DNA from: Candidatus Entotheonellaceae bacterium
GTDB lineage: Bacteria > Tectomicrobia > Entotheonellia > Entotheonellales > Entotheonellaceae
Assembly: GCA_965238075.1 (NCBI GenBank)
Contig: OZ250173.1
Location: forward strand, 1,408,001 to 1,472,000
Direction: 5' to 3'
DNA: 64,000 nt
Shown: positions 9,996 through 19,925 of the stretch, in pieces
Layout of the letters: each line of letters opens with the position of its first letter
How positions within the stretch are numbered: the stretch's first letter is position 1
Translations under genes and position numbers: made by a program
The notes under the pieces: generated by a model
Told to the model about the DNA's origin: nothing
Database searches by the model: none
Seen by the model: the letters and a program-made list of their open reading frames with translations, nothing else

Positions 9996-10814
9996 TCACC
10001 CGCCCGCATGCAGGCGCCGCCGAGCGAGGAATTGTTTGAGGGTTTGGGCGCAGGCGGCGCCATGGGAGCAGACCAGGCCATGACGGGCGTCGGCGAAGAC
10101 CTGCAGTTCGCTGTGCGGGATGTGACGATGCATCTCGAGGAAAACCTCCAACGAGATGAACGGACTGGCGTTCGGCGCCAGGATCAGGGTTGGGACGGTA
10201 ATGCGCGGCAGCATCGCGGTGAGATCGGTACCCAGCAGCAGATCGGCGAGATCGAGGGTGCTGTCGGCGGAGGTGGCGGCCTGTTCGCGGTGAAACCACT
10301 CGGCGACCGGCGCCGGCACGCCGCTGTCGTGAAACCGCAGGTCCATCATCATGCGCGACCACGCTTCCATGCCGTGCTGTTCGATATAGGCGCGCCACTC
10401 GCCGGCGCGCTGAATCGAGCCGCCGCGATGCGCCGCCGAACACACGGTGAGGCTGTCGAGCGCATCGCCGTGCGCGATGGCAAGCGCCAGGGCCACGGTG
10501 CCGCCAAGCGATTCACCAACCAGGTGAAACGCTTCAGCACCCGCCGCCCGGGCCACGGCCAACACGTCCTCGACCAGTAGGTCCATGGTCCAGGGGAAGC
10601 CTGCCCCCGGCGCCGTGGAGCGGCCGAAGCCGCGCGTGTCGAAGCGCACCAGGCGGTACTGATCCGCCAACACCGGCAACCAGGTGCTCCAGATGCCGTG
10701 GGTCGTGCTCACCCCGTGGCAAAACACGACCGTGCCGGGGTTTTCGACCCAAGGGGGCGTGAGGTCCGTCACCTCGTAGTACAGAGAGCCCGGCTCTCGT
10801 TCCAACCATGGCAT
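9996..10814 (-). CDS. Alpha/beta hydrolase (enol-lactonase-like)
   Basis: HG, DTRGFGRS, nucleophile elbow GESLGG, C-terminal His (ARHG). Confidence 0.9.
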   Translation of the reverse strand: MPWLEREPGSLYYEVTDLTPPWVENPGTVVFCHGVSTTHGIWSTWLPVLADQYRLVRFDTRGFGRSTAPGAGFPWTMDLLVEDVLAVARAAGAEAFHLVGESLGGTVALALAIAHGDALDSLTVCSAAHRGGSIQRAGEWRAYIEQHGMEAWSRMMMDLRFHDSGVPAPVAEWFHREQAATSADSTLDLADLLLGTDLTAMLPRITVPTLILAPNASPFISLEVFLEMHRHIPHSELQVFADARHGLVCSHGAACAQTLKQFLARRRLHAGG

Positions 10815-10951
10815 TGCTGCGCTCCTTATATCTTCGGCCTTACCGGTCCGGTTTGATTGTTGCGGTGGCTGTGGACGCCCTCAACCCTTGCATCATAGCG
10901 CGCCCGCCGCGCAAGGTGAAGCCCGTCCACGGCGCTTCAATTGCCGGCCGC

Positions 10952-11725
10952 ATTCACACCAATTTCCACAGCTACAGCCGGCACTATCGCCTGGGCTGGC
11001 TGCAACCCGTCGTGTTGCGCTACCTGCGCTGGTTTCACAACCGCACGCGCGGCACCCTGACGCCGAGCCTCGACCTGCGCGACCGCCTGCAGGACCTGAG
11101 CTTCCGAAACGTCAGCGTTCTCGGGCGCGGCGTCGACGCCCACCTGTTCAACCCGCAACGCCGCAGCGCCGACTTGCGCCGCAAATGGGGCGCGGCGCCG
11201 GACGACCCGATGGCCCTGTACGTCGGGCGGGTGGCGCCGGAAAAGAATATCGAATTGGCGATTACCGCCTTCCGGGCCATGCAGCGCCGGAACGCGGCCA
11301 CCAAGCTGGTCATCGTCGGCGACGGCCCGCTGCGCACCAGGCTGCAACAGAAATATCCCGACCTGAACTTCGCGGGCCTGCGCCGCGACGAGCAACTGGC
11401 CGCCTGCTACGCCTCGGCCGACGTCTTTCTCTTTCCGAGCGAAACGGAAACCTTCGGCAACGTCGTCCTGGAAGCCATGGCCAGCGGGCTGGCTGTCGTC
11501 GCCTACGATTATGCCGCCGCCCGCATGCACGTCACGTCCGGCGAAACCGGTCTGCGGGTGCCGTACGCCGACGCGGATGCCTTTGTCGCCGCGGCTGTGC
11601 GGCAGGCCCGCGCCCATGCCGCGGCGCAGAACTGGCCGGCCGTTGTGGACCGCTTCGCCGCGTTGCTGACCGATATGCCGAACCCGCCGGGGCGTCGACC
11701 CGCGGCGGCCAACGCGCCGCTATAA
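10952..11725 (+). pseudogene. 5'-truncated GT4 glycosyltransferase
   Basis: HTNFHSY, RGVD, YVGRVAPEKN, VGDGP, FPSETETFGNVVLEAMASG; the N-terminal part is absent and upstream DNA is unrelated. Confidence 0.8.
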
Positions 11726-11784
11726 CGCAGCCCGGATTTACGTGAAGAAACGCCTTGTGACCCCGTGCATGAAAGGAGGCCGAC

Positions 11785-13113
11785 ATGTGGCTTGAAACGA
11801 CACGACAACACTGGCTGGGCTGTCTCGGCCTGGATGCCGCGGCGGGCTGTCAGTTGCAGATGCAGGACGGCTGGCTCCTGTTCGTCGGGCTCGGCTTGGC
11901 GTGGCTGCTGATACGCGGCGGAAGCCGGCTTTTCAACGCCATTTACACCCTCCGCGCCGCTGCCCCTGATGCCCGCGCTGTCGCGCCACCTGTCGTTGTG
12001 GGTCAAACGCCGCGAGTACGACGAGGATGCCTTTTTCCGCGCCGACGGCGCCGCGGCGCACTGGGCGGAGCGCCGCCAGAAGGCCCTCGACCGCTTGGCC
12101 ACGTACTTTCAGACCAAATACGCCAAATCCGTCGACTGGGGCAATGACATCCGCGACAGCTTCTCGGACCTGCGCTTCACAGACGCCAACCGCGTGCCGT
12201 TTCCGTTCATGCGGGTGATACGGGAGAAATTCAACCTGTGCTCGGTGGTGACGGCCTCCAAGGGACCGAAGCTGCGTGACCTGGACGGCCATTGGAGCCC
12301 CGACGTGGGCGGCTCCTACGGGGTCAACGTGGCCGGCTTCGAGCGGGATGCGGTAGGGCCTGGAGCGGGTGAAGGACGTCGGACCGGTTCTCGGGCCGCT
12401 GCACCCGCTGGTGGCCGACAACATCGCGTTGCTCAAGTCGATTTCCGGGCTCGACGAAGTGTCGTTCCACATGAGCGGCACCGAAGCCGTCATGGCCGCG
12501 GTGCGGCTGGCGCGCTTCAACACCCGCCGCAAACTCATTGTGGCGTTCTCCGGCGCCTACCACGGCTGGTGGGACGGCGTGCAGCCGGGGCTCGGCAGCG
12601 AGCGTGCCATCAGCGACTGCCTCACCCTGAAGGACATGCACCCGGCGTCGCTCGACGTGATTCGCAAACGCTCCAAGGAAATCGCCGGCGTGCTCATCAA
12701 CCCGGTGCAATCGTTTCACCCCAACGCCCCGCCGCCCAGCGACGCGGTGCTGCTCACCAGTAACGTGCGGCAAACCCAGGACCTCGCCTCCGACTACGCC
12801 CGCTGGCTGCGGCAACTAAGCGAGGTGTGCCGGGAATGCAACGTGCCGCTGATCTTCGACGAGGTGTACAGCGGCTTCCGGCTGGCCCCCGGCGCCGCGC
12901 GTCGACCTGGTGGCGCAGCAGTGGTTCGGGCTCACGGTGCTGGTGGTCGGGTGGCACGTCGGGTACCTGATGTGGAAGCACAACACGTGGCTGGCGATGA
13001 TCTGGTTCATCAAGCTGGCCACCGATCCCTTCACCGACATCGTGGCCTACTCGCCCCGCTACATCAACGCTGCCAAAGGGCCGCTGCCGGCGCGAGCGAA
13101 CAGAAGCCGATGA
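11785..13113 (+). pseudogene. Class-III aminotransferase (GSA-aminomutase-like) with membrane C-terminus; frameshifted and internally deleted
   Basis: Consecutive pieces in different frames: LRDLDGH, SFHMSGTEAVMAAVRLAR, FSGAYHGW, LIFDEVYSGFRLAPG; then jumps to a C-terminal WFIKLATDPFTD segment. Confidence 0.8.
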
Positions 13114-13632
13114 GCGTGGCCCTGTTTCTCGCTGCCGCCCTGCTGCTCGGCTTGGAGCGCCTGTTCTACGTCTGGGTGTGGCGCCATCCCGAGACCTTCT
13201 GCGACCTGTGCCGGCGTCCGGCGCTGTGGTTTCTGGGCACCCCGGTCGACGGTGTGCAGCGGTTCTTCTACGTCTTCAAAGTCATTCAGATCGGCGTGTT
13301 TCTGGTCTGATGCGGCTATTTCGGGGACGGCGCGAGCGGCCCGGCGGCCCATGGCGGCGGGCCTCGTGCTCATCCTGGCGGGACAGGTGCTCAACTTCAG
13401 CGTGTTCTACCGGCTGGGCAAGATCGGGGTGTATTACGGCGTCCGCTTCGGCCATGAGGTGCCGTGGTGCCGCGACTTTCCGTTCTCGCTGCTCAAGCAT
13501 CCGCAATACATCGGCGCCGTCATGTCCATCTGGGGCTTCTTCCTGGTCATGCGGTTTCCACACAGAGACTGGTTCGTGCTGCCGGCGCTCGAGACCGTGT
13601 ATTACGCATTGGGGGCGTATTGCGAACAGTAA
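13110..13632 (+). pseudogene. Phospholipid methyltransferase (PEMT-like), disrupted
   Basis: GQVLNFSVFYRLGKIGVYYG, FPFSLLKHPQYIGA; N-terminal piece stops at 13310 in another frame. Confidence 0.75.
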
Positions 13633-13796
13633 GAAGTTGTTGCTGACCACGACAGGGGAACCGTCGTGTCCTGCTCCGTTCGAGCGTTGCCCTCCCGGGG
13701 GCAATCCTTTATCGTATACGCCGCACCGCCAACCGGGATTACCTACCCCCACCGGCGGTGTTTCCCCACAAAACGGCATTCGCGACGGGAGCAGGC

Positions 13797-14639
13797 ATGG
13801 TATCGGCAGTTGTACGTCAGGAAACCCAATCGGCGCGCGACTTTCTCAGGTCGTTGCGTGAGGAAATTCAGTGCCATCCCGGCGTCGGGCATTCGCTGCT
13901 GGGCCGCATGCTGACGGACCCGCGCACCCGCCACGACTTCAAAATCCTGGCCTCGCAGCACTATCCCCTGGTCGCCAATTTCACCACCTACATGGAACTC
14001 CTGCTGCTGCGGGCGCCGAGCAGCGAAGCCAAGCGGTGGCTCGCCAAGGTGTTGGTGGACGAGTACGGCGAGCGCTCGGATGGCGACGACCATGCCGCGT
14101 CCTACCGGGCCTTCATGCACGCCGCCGGTATCGCGCCGGGCAGCGAGGCGAGCTACCCGCTGCATCCCGAGGTGGTCGGCTTCATCCGCGAGCACTACCG
14201 TATCTGTACGCAGGAACCCTTTCTGGTCGGCCTCGGCGCGGTCGGGCCAGGTCATGAATGGTCCATTCCCACCATGTTCGAGCACGTCATGATCGGCCTG
14301 CGCAAGGCCGGATTCGCTGACGACGACGTGACGTACTGGTCGATGCACCTGGATCAGGACGCGGACCACGGGGCGTGGTTGGAAGAAGCGCTAGTGGCGT
14401 TTTGCGAGACGCCGGAAGCGCGGGAGCAGATTCGCCGCGGCGCCCTGCTGAGTCTCAAGGCGCGCGAACAGTTCTGGTGGGGCGTGCTCGACAAGATCAG
14501 CAGCGAACGCACCAAGGCCATGCTGCCCGGCGTCGCCCCGGCCACCGCCGGCGCCGAGGCTACCCAGCCGACGTATGCCGACCTGCGGCAGGGTCTGGAG
14601 ATTCGCGTCGACCTTGGCGCCGTGAGCGGCACGCCATGA
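13797..14639 (+). CDS. Heme-oxygenase-like diiron oxidase (HDO; CADD/PqqC-like iron-containing redox enzyme)
   Basis: Helical protein with LVDEYG...DHAASY, GHE and MHLDQDADH (E..H..E..HxxxDxxH ligand set). Confidence 0.8.
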   Translation: MVSAVVRQETQSARDFLRSLREEIQCHPGVGHSLLGRMLTDPRTRHDFKILASQHYPLVANFTTYMELLLLRAPSSEAKRWLAKVLVDEYGERSDGDDHAASYRAFMHAAGIAPGSEASYPLHPEVVGFIREHYRICTQEPFLVGLGAVGPGHEWSIPTMFEHVMIGLRKAGFADDDVTYWSMHLDQDADHGAWLEEALVAFCETPEAREQIRRGALLSLKAREQFWWGVLDKISSERTKAMLPGVAPATAGAEATQPTYADLRQGLEIRVDLGAVSGTP

Positions 14640-15595
14640 GCTGCCCGACCCCTGCCCTCCTGATGGTGGCGTTCGGCGGCCCGACACCGGGCTGCTGCGA
14701 ACGCTTCACGCCTTGCCCGGGCGAGGCGCACTGCTTTGTCTCCGGCATCCTCGGCCACAACCCGGCGCGCCGCCAGCGCGTCGCCGAAGTGGCGGCCCAT
14801 TATCAGGAATTCGGCGGCTATTCCGAATTCAATGCTTATACCCGGAAGCAAGCCGAGGCGCTGGCCGCGGAACTGGGCTCACGCGGCCTCGACGTGCCGG
14901 TCTGGTGTGGATATCACCACTGGCGGCCATACGTGCGTGAGGTTGTTGCCGATATGAAAGCGGCGGGCGTGCAGGAAATGCTGGTGCTGATCATGGCGCC
15001 GCATCAGTCGTCGGTGAGTTGGGACCTGTATCTGCGGATCGTTGGGGAGGGCATTGAGCAAGCCGGGACGGGTGCCCCGAGGGTGATCGGGGTGGTAGAG
15101 CCGTGGTGGAATGAAGCTGGGTTTACCGAGGCGATTGCCGACCGCATCAGCGAGGCGAGCCGCAACGGGGAGATCAATCTGTGCGCCCCGGACACAGCGC
15201 TCCTGCTCACCGCGCACGCCGTGCCCGAGTCATTATCGCGGACCGCCCCATACTGCAAACAAATCGAAGAGACCGCGGCTCTGGTTGCCGCACAGCTCGG
15301 CGGGCCCGATTACCGCGTTGCCTACCAATCCCAGTCCGGCGATTCGGCCGTGCCCTGGACGCAGCCGATGGTGGAGGACGTCATCGCCGCCTATGCCGAT
15401 GCCGGCAAATCGACCATCGTCGGCAGTGCCATCGGCTTTCTGTGCGACAACATCGAGGTGCTGTACGACCTCGGCGTTGAGGGCCAGCGCCGCGCCGCCG
15501 AGCACGGCCTCCGCTTCGTGCGCGCCGAGTCGGTACACAGCCACCCCGCCTTTATCCGCATGCTGGCCGACCGCGTTGCCGCCAAGCTCGCCTGA
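14636..15595 (+). CDS. hemH: Ferrochelatase (coproporphyrin/CpfC-like) with N-terminal Cys-rich insert
   Basis: LLMVAFGGP, HY..FGGYS, APHQS, TAHAVP, YQSQ..WTQP, GFLCDNIEVLYDL; ATGA overlap with the HDO gene. Confidence 0.9.
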   Translation: MSCPTPALLMVAFGGPTPGCCERFTPCPGEAHCFVSGILGHNPARRQRVAEVAAHYQEFGGYSEFNAYTRKQAEALAAELGSRGLDVPVWCGYHHWRPYVREVVADMKAAGVQEMLVLIMAPHQSSVSWDLYLRIVGEGIEQAGTGAPRVIGVVEPWWNEAGFTEAIADRISEASRNGEINLCAPDTALLLTAHAVPESLSRTAPYCKQIEETAALVAAQLGGPDYRVAYQSQSGDSAVPWTQPMVEDVIAAYADAGKSTIVGSAIGFLCDNIEVLYDLGVEGQRRAAEHGLRFVRAESVHSHPAFIRMLADRVAAKLA

Positions 15596-15630
15596 CGGCG
15601 ATTTACTCCACGACCTGCCAGACGACGCCC

Positions 15631-16248
15631 CTACTTCAAAACCCTCCAGTCGCCCCCCGCCGTCCTGCAGGCATAAACCGGCGCTATTCCAGCTTCGAGC
15701 ACCTTGCATTCTGTCAACGTGGTTTCGAGACTTCGGCTTGATCTACCGCGCGGAGGTGCCGTAACGACATTCACCTCCCGCACCGGCGTAACGGACGCCA
15801 CAGGGGCCGGAAGCTGATACGTCACGACAGTCCGCGGCTGCGCTGGCGCCTCATAATAATGGTGGTGCACATGGCGTTCGCGCCGCGGGTGCCGTGGGTG
15901 CACGTATATGGGAGGCTGGAACACCGGGTAGTCGTAATACACGTGTCGTCTGTGCCTCAGATGGCGATGTCCCCGGCGATGATGCCGATAGGGGTCGGGA
16001 TCTACGGCATGATATCCAGCTATTCCCCCGAGCAGCGACCCAACCCCGATGGCAACGCCTCGCTCGGCACCCCTGCCAATTGTCGAGCCGATCGCCCCGC
16101 CGATCACACTCCCCACGATGGCACCGACCACACGTTCGTCATCATCAGAGCCGGCCTGAGCGGACGGACTCACCGCCATGAACGCAACCGCAGCCAAAAT
16201 TCCTGCGGCAAGGGGTCGAAAAGCTTTACCTCGGATCATTACCGCCAA
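15631..16248 (-). CDS. Exported glycine-zipper 2TM protein with His/Arg-rich segment
   Basis: Signal peptide; GAIVGSVIGGAIGSTIG...GVGSLLGGIAG; HHRRGHRH and HVHHHYY runs. Confidence 0.75.
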   Translation of the reverse strand: MAVMIRGKAFRPLAAGILAAVAFMAVSPSAQAGSDDDERVVGAIVGSVIGGAIGSTIGRGAERGVAIGVGSLLGGIAGYHAVDPDPYRHHRRGHRHLRHRRHVYYDYPVFQPPIYVHPRHPRRERHVHHHYYEAPAQPRTVVTYQLPAPVASVTPVREVNVVTAPPRGRSSRSLETTLTECKVLEAGIAPVYACRTAGGDWRVLK

Positions 16249-16279
16249 CCTCCTCTATGGTGTTGCGTATATCCTTGCC

Positions 16280-17638
16280 TCACTGCTGGTTCAACCGGTT
16301 CAAGTAATCCGGTATTCCATCGCCATCCTCGTCGGCAAAGCTGCGCTGGCGGGCCGGCACACGGCTCGCCTCTTCAGGCATTGCTTGACGGCGGCGGAGC
16401 ACCATGCCCCGTGACAGGTCAACGACGTCCGAAATCAATTCGGCGATACTGTATTTGGGCTTGACGGTCACAATCCGCGCAATGCCAACGGAGGTTTCGA
16501 GCTGGTCGAGCCGTTCACCGGTATCGGGATCCAACAGCCAGTCGCCTACCGCAAAGACTTCAAACACGCTGCCCGCTTCAACCGTGTTGCCACCCCGGTT
16601 GACGACGAACTGACCTGGTCCCAGCACTTCTGTCACGCGCGGCGGATAGATGTTCTCCGTCAATTCATCGACCATGCGAACCGCAACTTCTTCCAGAAGG
16701 GCCTCTGCTGCTGCTTCGGGCCTCAGCCCCGGGGGCAGCCTACTGTCGAGGGTAATAGCGGAGGACCATTTGACCTGCCGCGTTGCCGCAGCAAGCACGG
16801 TGAATCGCACCTTTGTAGCCCCGTGGGATCGCTCGATTCGCTCACCGGAGGCTCGGATGACTCGGGTCTCGTTTTCAATTGCGACCCGGTCGATCGTGCC
16901 GTACACCAAGTAATCTGCTCCCATGACTCTGCCGAGCCGGGCCCGTTCGCCGATGCCCACGCCCCCGGATGCGAGGATTTGTTTCTCGGCCTCGTACACC
17001 TCCGGTCGTTGACGATCAAGCACGCCAAACCGCCGGCCTTGCGTCAACAGCTCTTCCACCTTTGCACGGAAACCGTGTTGAAGCTTCCTGACAAGCTTGA
17101 AGTCAACGTCTGTACCAACGCGCACGGCACGGCCATCAACCTGCAACTGTCGTCCACCGCCGACCCCGTGGAGATGAACCTCTTCCATCGGAAAGTCGAG
17201 CACGGCCAGCCGCCGCCGATCCATTGATGGCCCCGGCACCCGGTATACCGAATACCGCACACGAACCGCCGCCCGAATCTGTGAACCAGCGCGCCCTACG
17301 GAAAGGATGTCGTAGCCGTCGAAGCCGCAATTCGGATTCTTGCCGCGAACCTTGATTTGCCGATTGACCTTTTCGATCATCGTCGTACGGTCATCGTCCT
17401 CCACAAGCAGCGACCCGGTCTCCATCCTCGACTCGATGTGAACCCCGCAGATCTGGAATGTCGCCTCTTGCAACGCATTCAGAACTGCCTCCTGTTCGCT
17501 GATTCCCCACCCGTCAACATCACGGGTGACGGCGCGAACCTGCGCATTTGCAACTGATACGAAGAAGGCAGCACATATCGCTACCGTGACGACCCCTATG
17601 ACCTGACCGGCCAGGACGTGTTTTCTTGTACGTTCCAT
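16280..17638 (-). CDS. CsgG/HfaB-family protein with FlgT_C-like domain and terminal DxDxDG motif
   Basis: RRLAVLDF, RRFGVLDR, LGRVMGADYLVYGTI, VVNRGG...DPDTGERL...IGIARIVTVKPKYS; ends DEDGDGIPDY; RBS GGAGG. Confidence 0.8.
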   Translation of the reverse strand: MERTRKHVLAGQVIGVVTVAICAAFFVSVANAQVRAVTRDVDGWGISEQEAVLNALQEATFQICGVHIESRMETGSLLVEDDDRTTMIEKVNRQIKVRGKNPNCGFDGYDILSVGRAGSQIRAAVRVRYSVYRVPGPSMDRRRLAVLDFPMEEVHLHGVGGGRQLQVDGRAVRVGTDVDFKLVRKLQHGFRAKVEELLTQGRRFGVLDRQRPEVYEAEKQILASGGVGIGERARLGRVMGADYLVYGTIDRVAIENETRVIRASGERIERSHGATKVRFTVLAAATRQVKWSSAITLDSRLPPGLRPEAAAEALLEEVAVRMVDELTENIYPPRVTEVLGPGQFVVNRGGNTVEAGSVFEVFAVGDWLLDPDTGERLDQLETSVGIARIVTVKPKYSIAELISDVVDLSRGMVLRRRQAMPEEASRVPARQRSFADEDGDGIPDYLNRLNQQ

Positions 17639-17718
17639 GGCTGCCTCCACCATTTTGACGGCAATCTCGACATCTTCGGCTTCTTCTGGCGCAGCACCAT
17701 ATGGCAATGGGTTCCCTT

Positions 17719-19146
17719 CTAAAAATCCTCCGTTTGGATGTTCTCTCTGCGCAACAACCTTGGGGTCGGTTCTATGGCCTCCTCGTCGGGCGTGGTTTTC
17801 TTAGGAGATGCTCTGTTCGGATTGCGCATTACCTCTTGTGCCCGTTTCGCCGTCGCCACGCCTGTCGGAGACCAAGAGACCGCTACAACCGCAACCTTCT
17901 GTCCATTGGCTGGATGCGGTACAACCCACCGGCCAACCACTGTGAGCCCTGTTAATTCAATGGCGTCGGTGTTTGACTTCAGCTTCTCCATAAAGTCGTT
18001 CCTAATTTCCCCGCTGAAGGCTGCGTCAGCATACTCGGTGGCGGTCTCCTCGCCCTCATCTGCTCTTTCCGATCTCACGGTCTCACCCACGAACCCCCGT
18101 ATGGCACCTATGGCACGAACCTCGGCCCGACTTAATGCCATATCCTCTGCCCTTGCTCGGCGAGATGGTGAAGCCCTGCGCGGTGCGGCCTGACCAAATC
18201 CGACGAATACTTGGTCACCGTTCTCATCAATCAGCTTGTGAACACCCCAACTTGCGGAGATAGAGTCCTTACGCTTCGGCAACCAGTCAGAAACACGGAC
18301 TCTCGCTTTGCCTGTGTTCGCTGGCGCATATCCTCCAGCGACTGCTCGAGCAGCAAGTTCAAGCCGAGGGCTCCACACCAATCCAACGAGAATCTCGTAA
18401 GACTTACCATCTTGCGTTGGCCCTTCTAGCACCGCCATGGGCATGGCGCCAGACACAAAGCTTGAAGACACTGCCGTAATTTTCCTCTCGAAGGTGCTGC
18501 GGAAAGCCTCCTCTTTCTGCTCGCGACTGCCATACTTATCCGGATCATACATCGGATCAACCTGCACGAGCGCCTGGTCGAGTTGCGCTTCCGCGAGAGC
18601 TTGCATCTTTTTCGCAATCCGATCCACTTGCTTCAGGCGTTCGAGGGCTTCCCCTTGACCATCTGACCACCGTGCATTCTCAAGAGCATCATACGAAGTT
18701 CTTTTTCCGGTCTCGATTCCGAGAAACCCTACCAGCGTGACCTTGGCACGAAGGTAAGCAATCTCATATGCCATGCTACGCGACTCATGAAATCCTGGAT
18801 GATCTATCGGAAACTCTACCGTTTGTCGACCATTGGCTATGTATATATCCCGTTCGTTTGCTCCTTCTTGAAGACCTTTTTCGTCAAGGAGATCCTCCCA
18901 ATCTGCCATCAAACCAGCACTGTACATGCCAACGTGCTGGTTGGCCAAATCGTCCGGCAGTCGTTCCGTCGCTTCTTCCGCCGTCGTCGAGTCGGCAGCG
19001 GGCGCCTCCACCTCGGCTGCGACAGCCACCGCATGGCTAACCATCAGAAAAACGGCCAGCATAAGAAGCCCGGCGTGTAGAACGAAGGAACCTTTCCGGA
19101 ATCCTTTCCCAAGCATCAACACAGTCTGCTCGGATTGCTTCTTCAT
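17719..19146 (-). CDS. Exported conserved hypothetical protein (DUF6844-like)
   Basis: 475-aa ORF, signal peptide, GVHKLIDENGDQVFVGFGQ; operonic between LpoB and CsgG. Confidence 0.6.
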   Translation of the reverse strand: MKKQSEQTVLMLGKGFRKGSFVLHAGLLMLAVFLMVSHAVAVAAEVEAPAADSTTAEEATERLPDDLANQHVGMYSAGLMADWEDLLDEKGLQEGANERDIYIANGRQTVEFPIDHPGFHESRSMAYEIAYLRAKVTLVGFLGIETGKRTSYDALENARWSDGQGEALERLKQVDRIAKKMQALAEAQLDQALVQVDPMYDPDKYGSREQKEEAFRSTFERKITAVSSSFVSGAMPMAVLEGPTQDGKSYEILVGLVWSPRLELAARAVAGGYAPANTGKARVRVSDWLPKRKDSISASWGVHKLIDENGDQVFVGFGQAAPRRASPSRRARAEDMALSRAEVRAIGAIRGFVGETVRSERADEGEETATEYADAAFSGEIRNDFMEKLKSNTDAIELTGLTVVGRWVVPHPANGQKVAVVAVSWSPTGVATAKRAQEVMRNPNRASPKKTTPDEEAIEPTPRLLRRENIQTEDF

Positions 19147-19223
19147 CGTCTTATGCTCCTATCATTGAGAATTACGCGATACTCAATCGACATGACAACC
19201 TTGTGGCGCACACGTTCCTTGGT

Positions 19224-19862
19224 CTACCAAACAAAATTATCGTTCGGACCCAGTTTGGCGATAACCGCCTCGAACTCCCAGTAGGCCAGGCCGGTTTCAA
19301 TATTGGTCGCCGTCAACTGGAAGTAATAGTCGGCTTGCTGCTTGTTGCCAACCCGGTTGACGCGCTGAATGATTTTTCCAGACAGGCTGAGATCAGGCGC
19401 AACCATCGTACCCCTACCCGCAACCGTGTCCTGGTTGAACTCATCCGAATCCCTGAGCTGTCGAACCTCCATGCTCAGTGCGTCTTCCGGCCCGTCCGCG
19501 CCGACTGCCGTCGTTACCATCACGCGTCCGCTGTTCAGAAGCGCAACGCGCATCTTCTTGACCAACTGGTCTGCATCAAGATTAAGCGTCGTGTCGTTCG
19601 TAATGCGACTGATCGCCATGATCCAAGGCGCCGAGCTCCCGGGCTTGCGGGACAACGGACTGTTCAAGAATGAATCTACAGCCTTTTTGGCGGAATATTC
19701 GAAATCACGATAGTCCAGGCCGAACGTTGTCTCACCGCCTGTTTGTTGACGCGTCGTGTATGTCGGATCACTAAGATTGACGACGCTCGTTGTACCGCAT
19801 CCGGTCAAGCCGATTGACCCGACTAAAATAGCAAGAACGAGTAGTCCGTAGCCTGATTTCAT
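19224..19862 (-). CDS. lpoB: LpoB-family lipoprotein (PBP activator-like)
   Basis: Lipobox LTGC; GLDYRDFE, ITNDT, KMRVALLNSGR, PDLSLSGKI, YYFQLTATNIETGLAYWE. Confidence 0.82.
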   Translation of the reverse strand: MKSGYGLLVLAILVGSIGLTGCGTTSVVNLSDPTYTTRQQTGGETTFGLDYRDFEYSAKKAVDSFLNSPLSRKPGSSAPWIMAISRITNDTTLNLDADQLVKKMRVALLNSGRVMVTTAVGADGPEDALSMEVRQLRDSDEFNQDTVAGRGTMVAPDLSLSGKIIQRVNRVGNKQQADYYFQLTATNIETGLAYWEFEAVIAKLGPNDNFVW

Positions 19863-19925
19863 TTGGTGTCTCCTCATATACGTTCTCGTTTACGTTCTCG
19901 TTGGCCCGTCCGAGTGGGGAGATTG

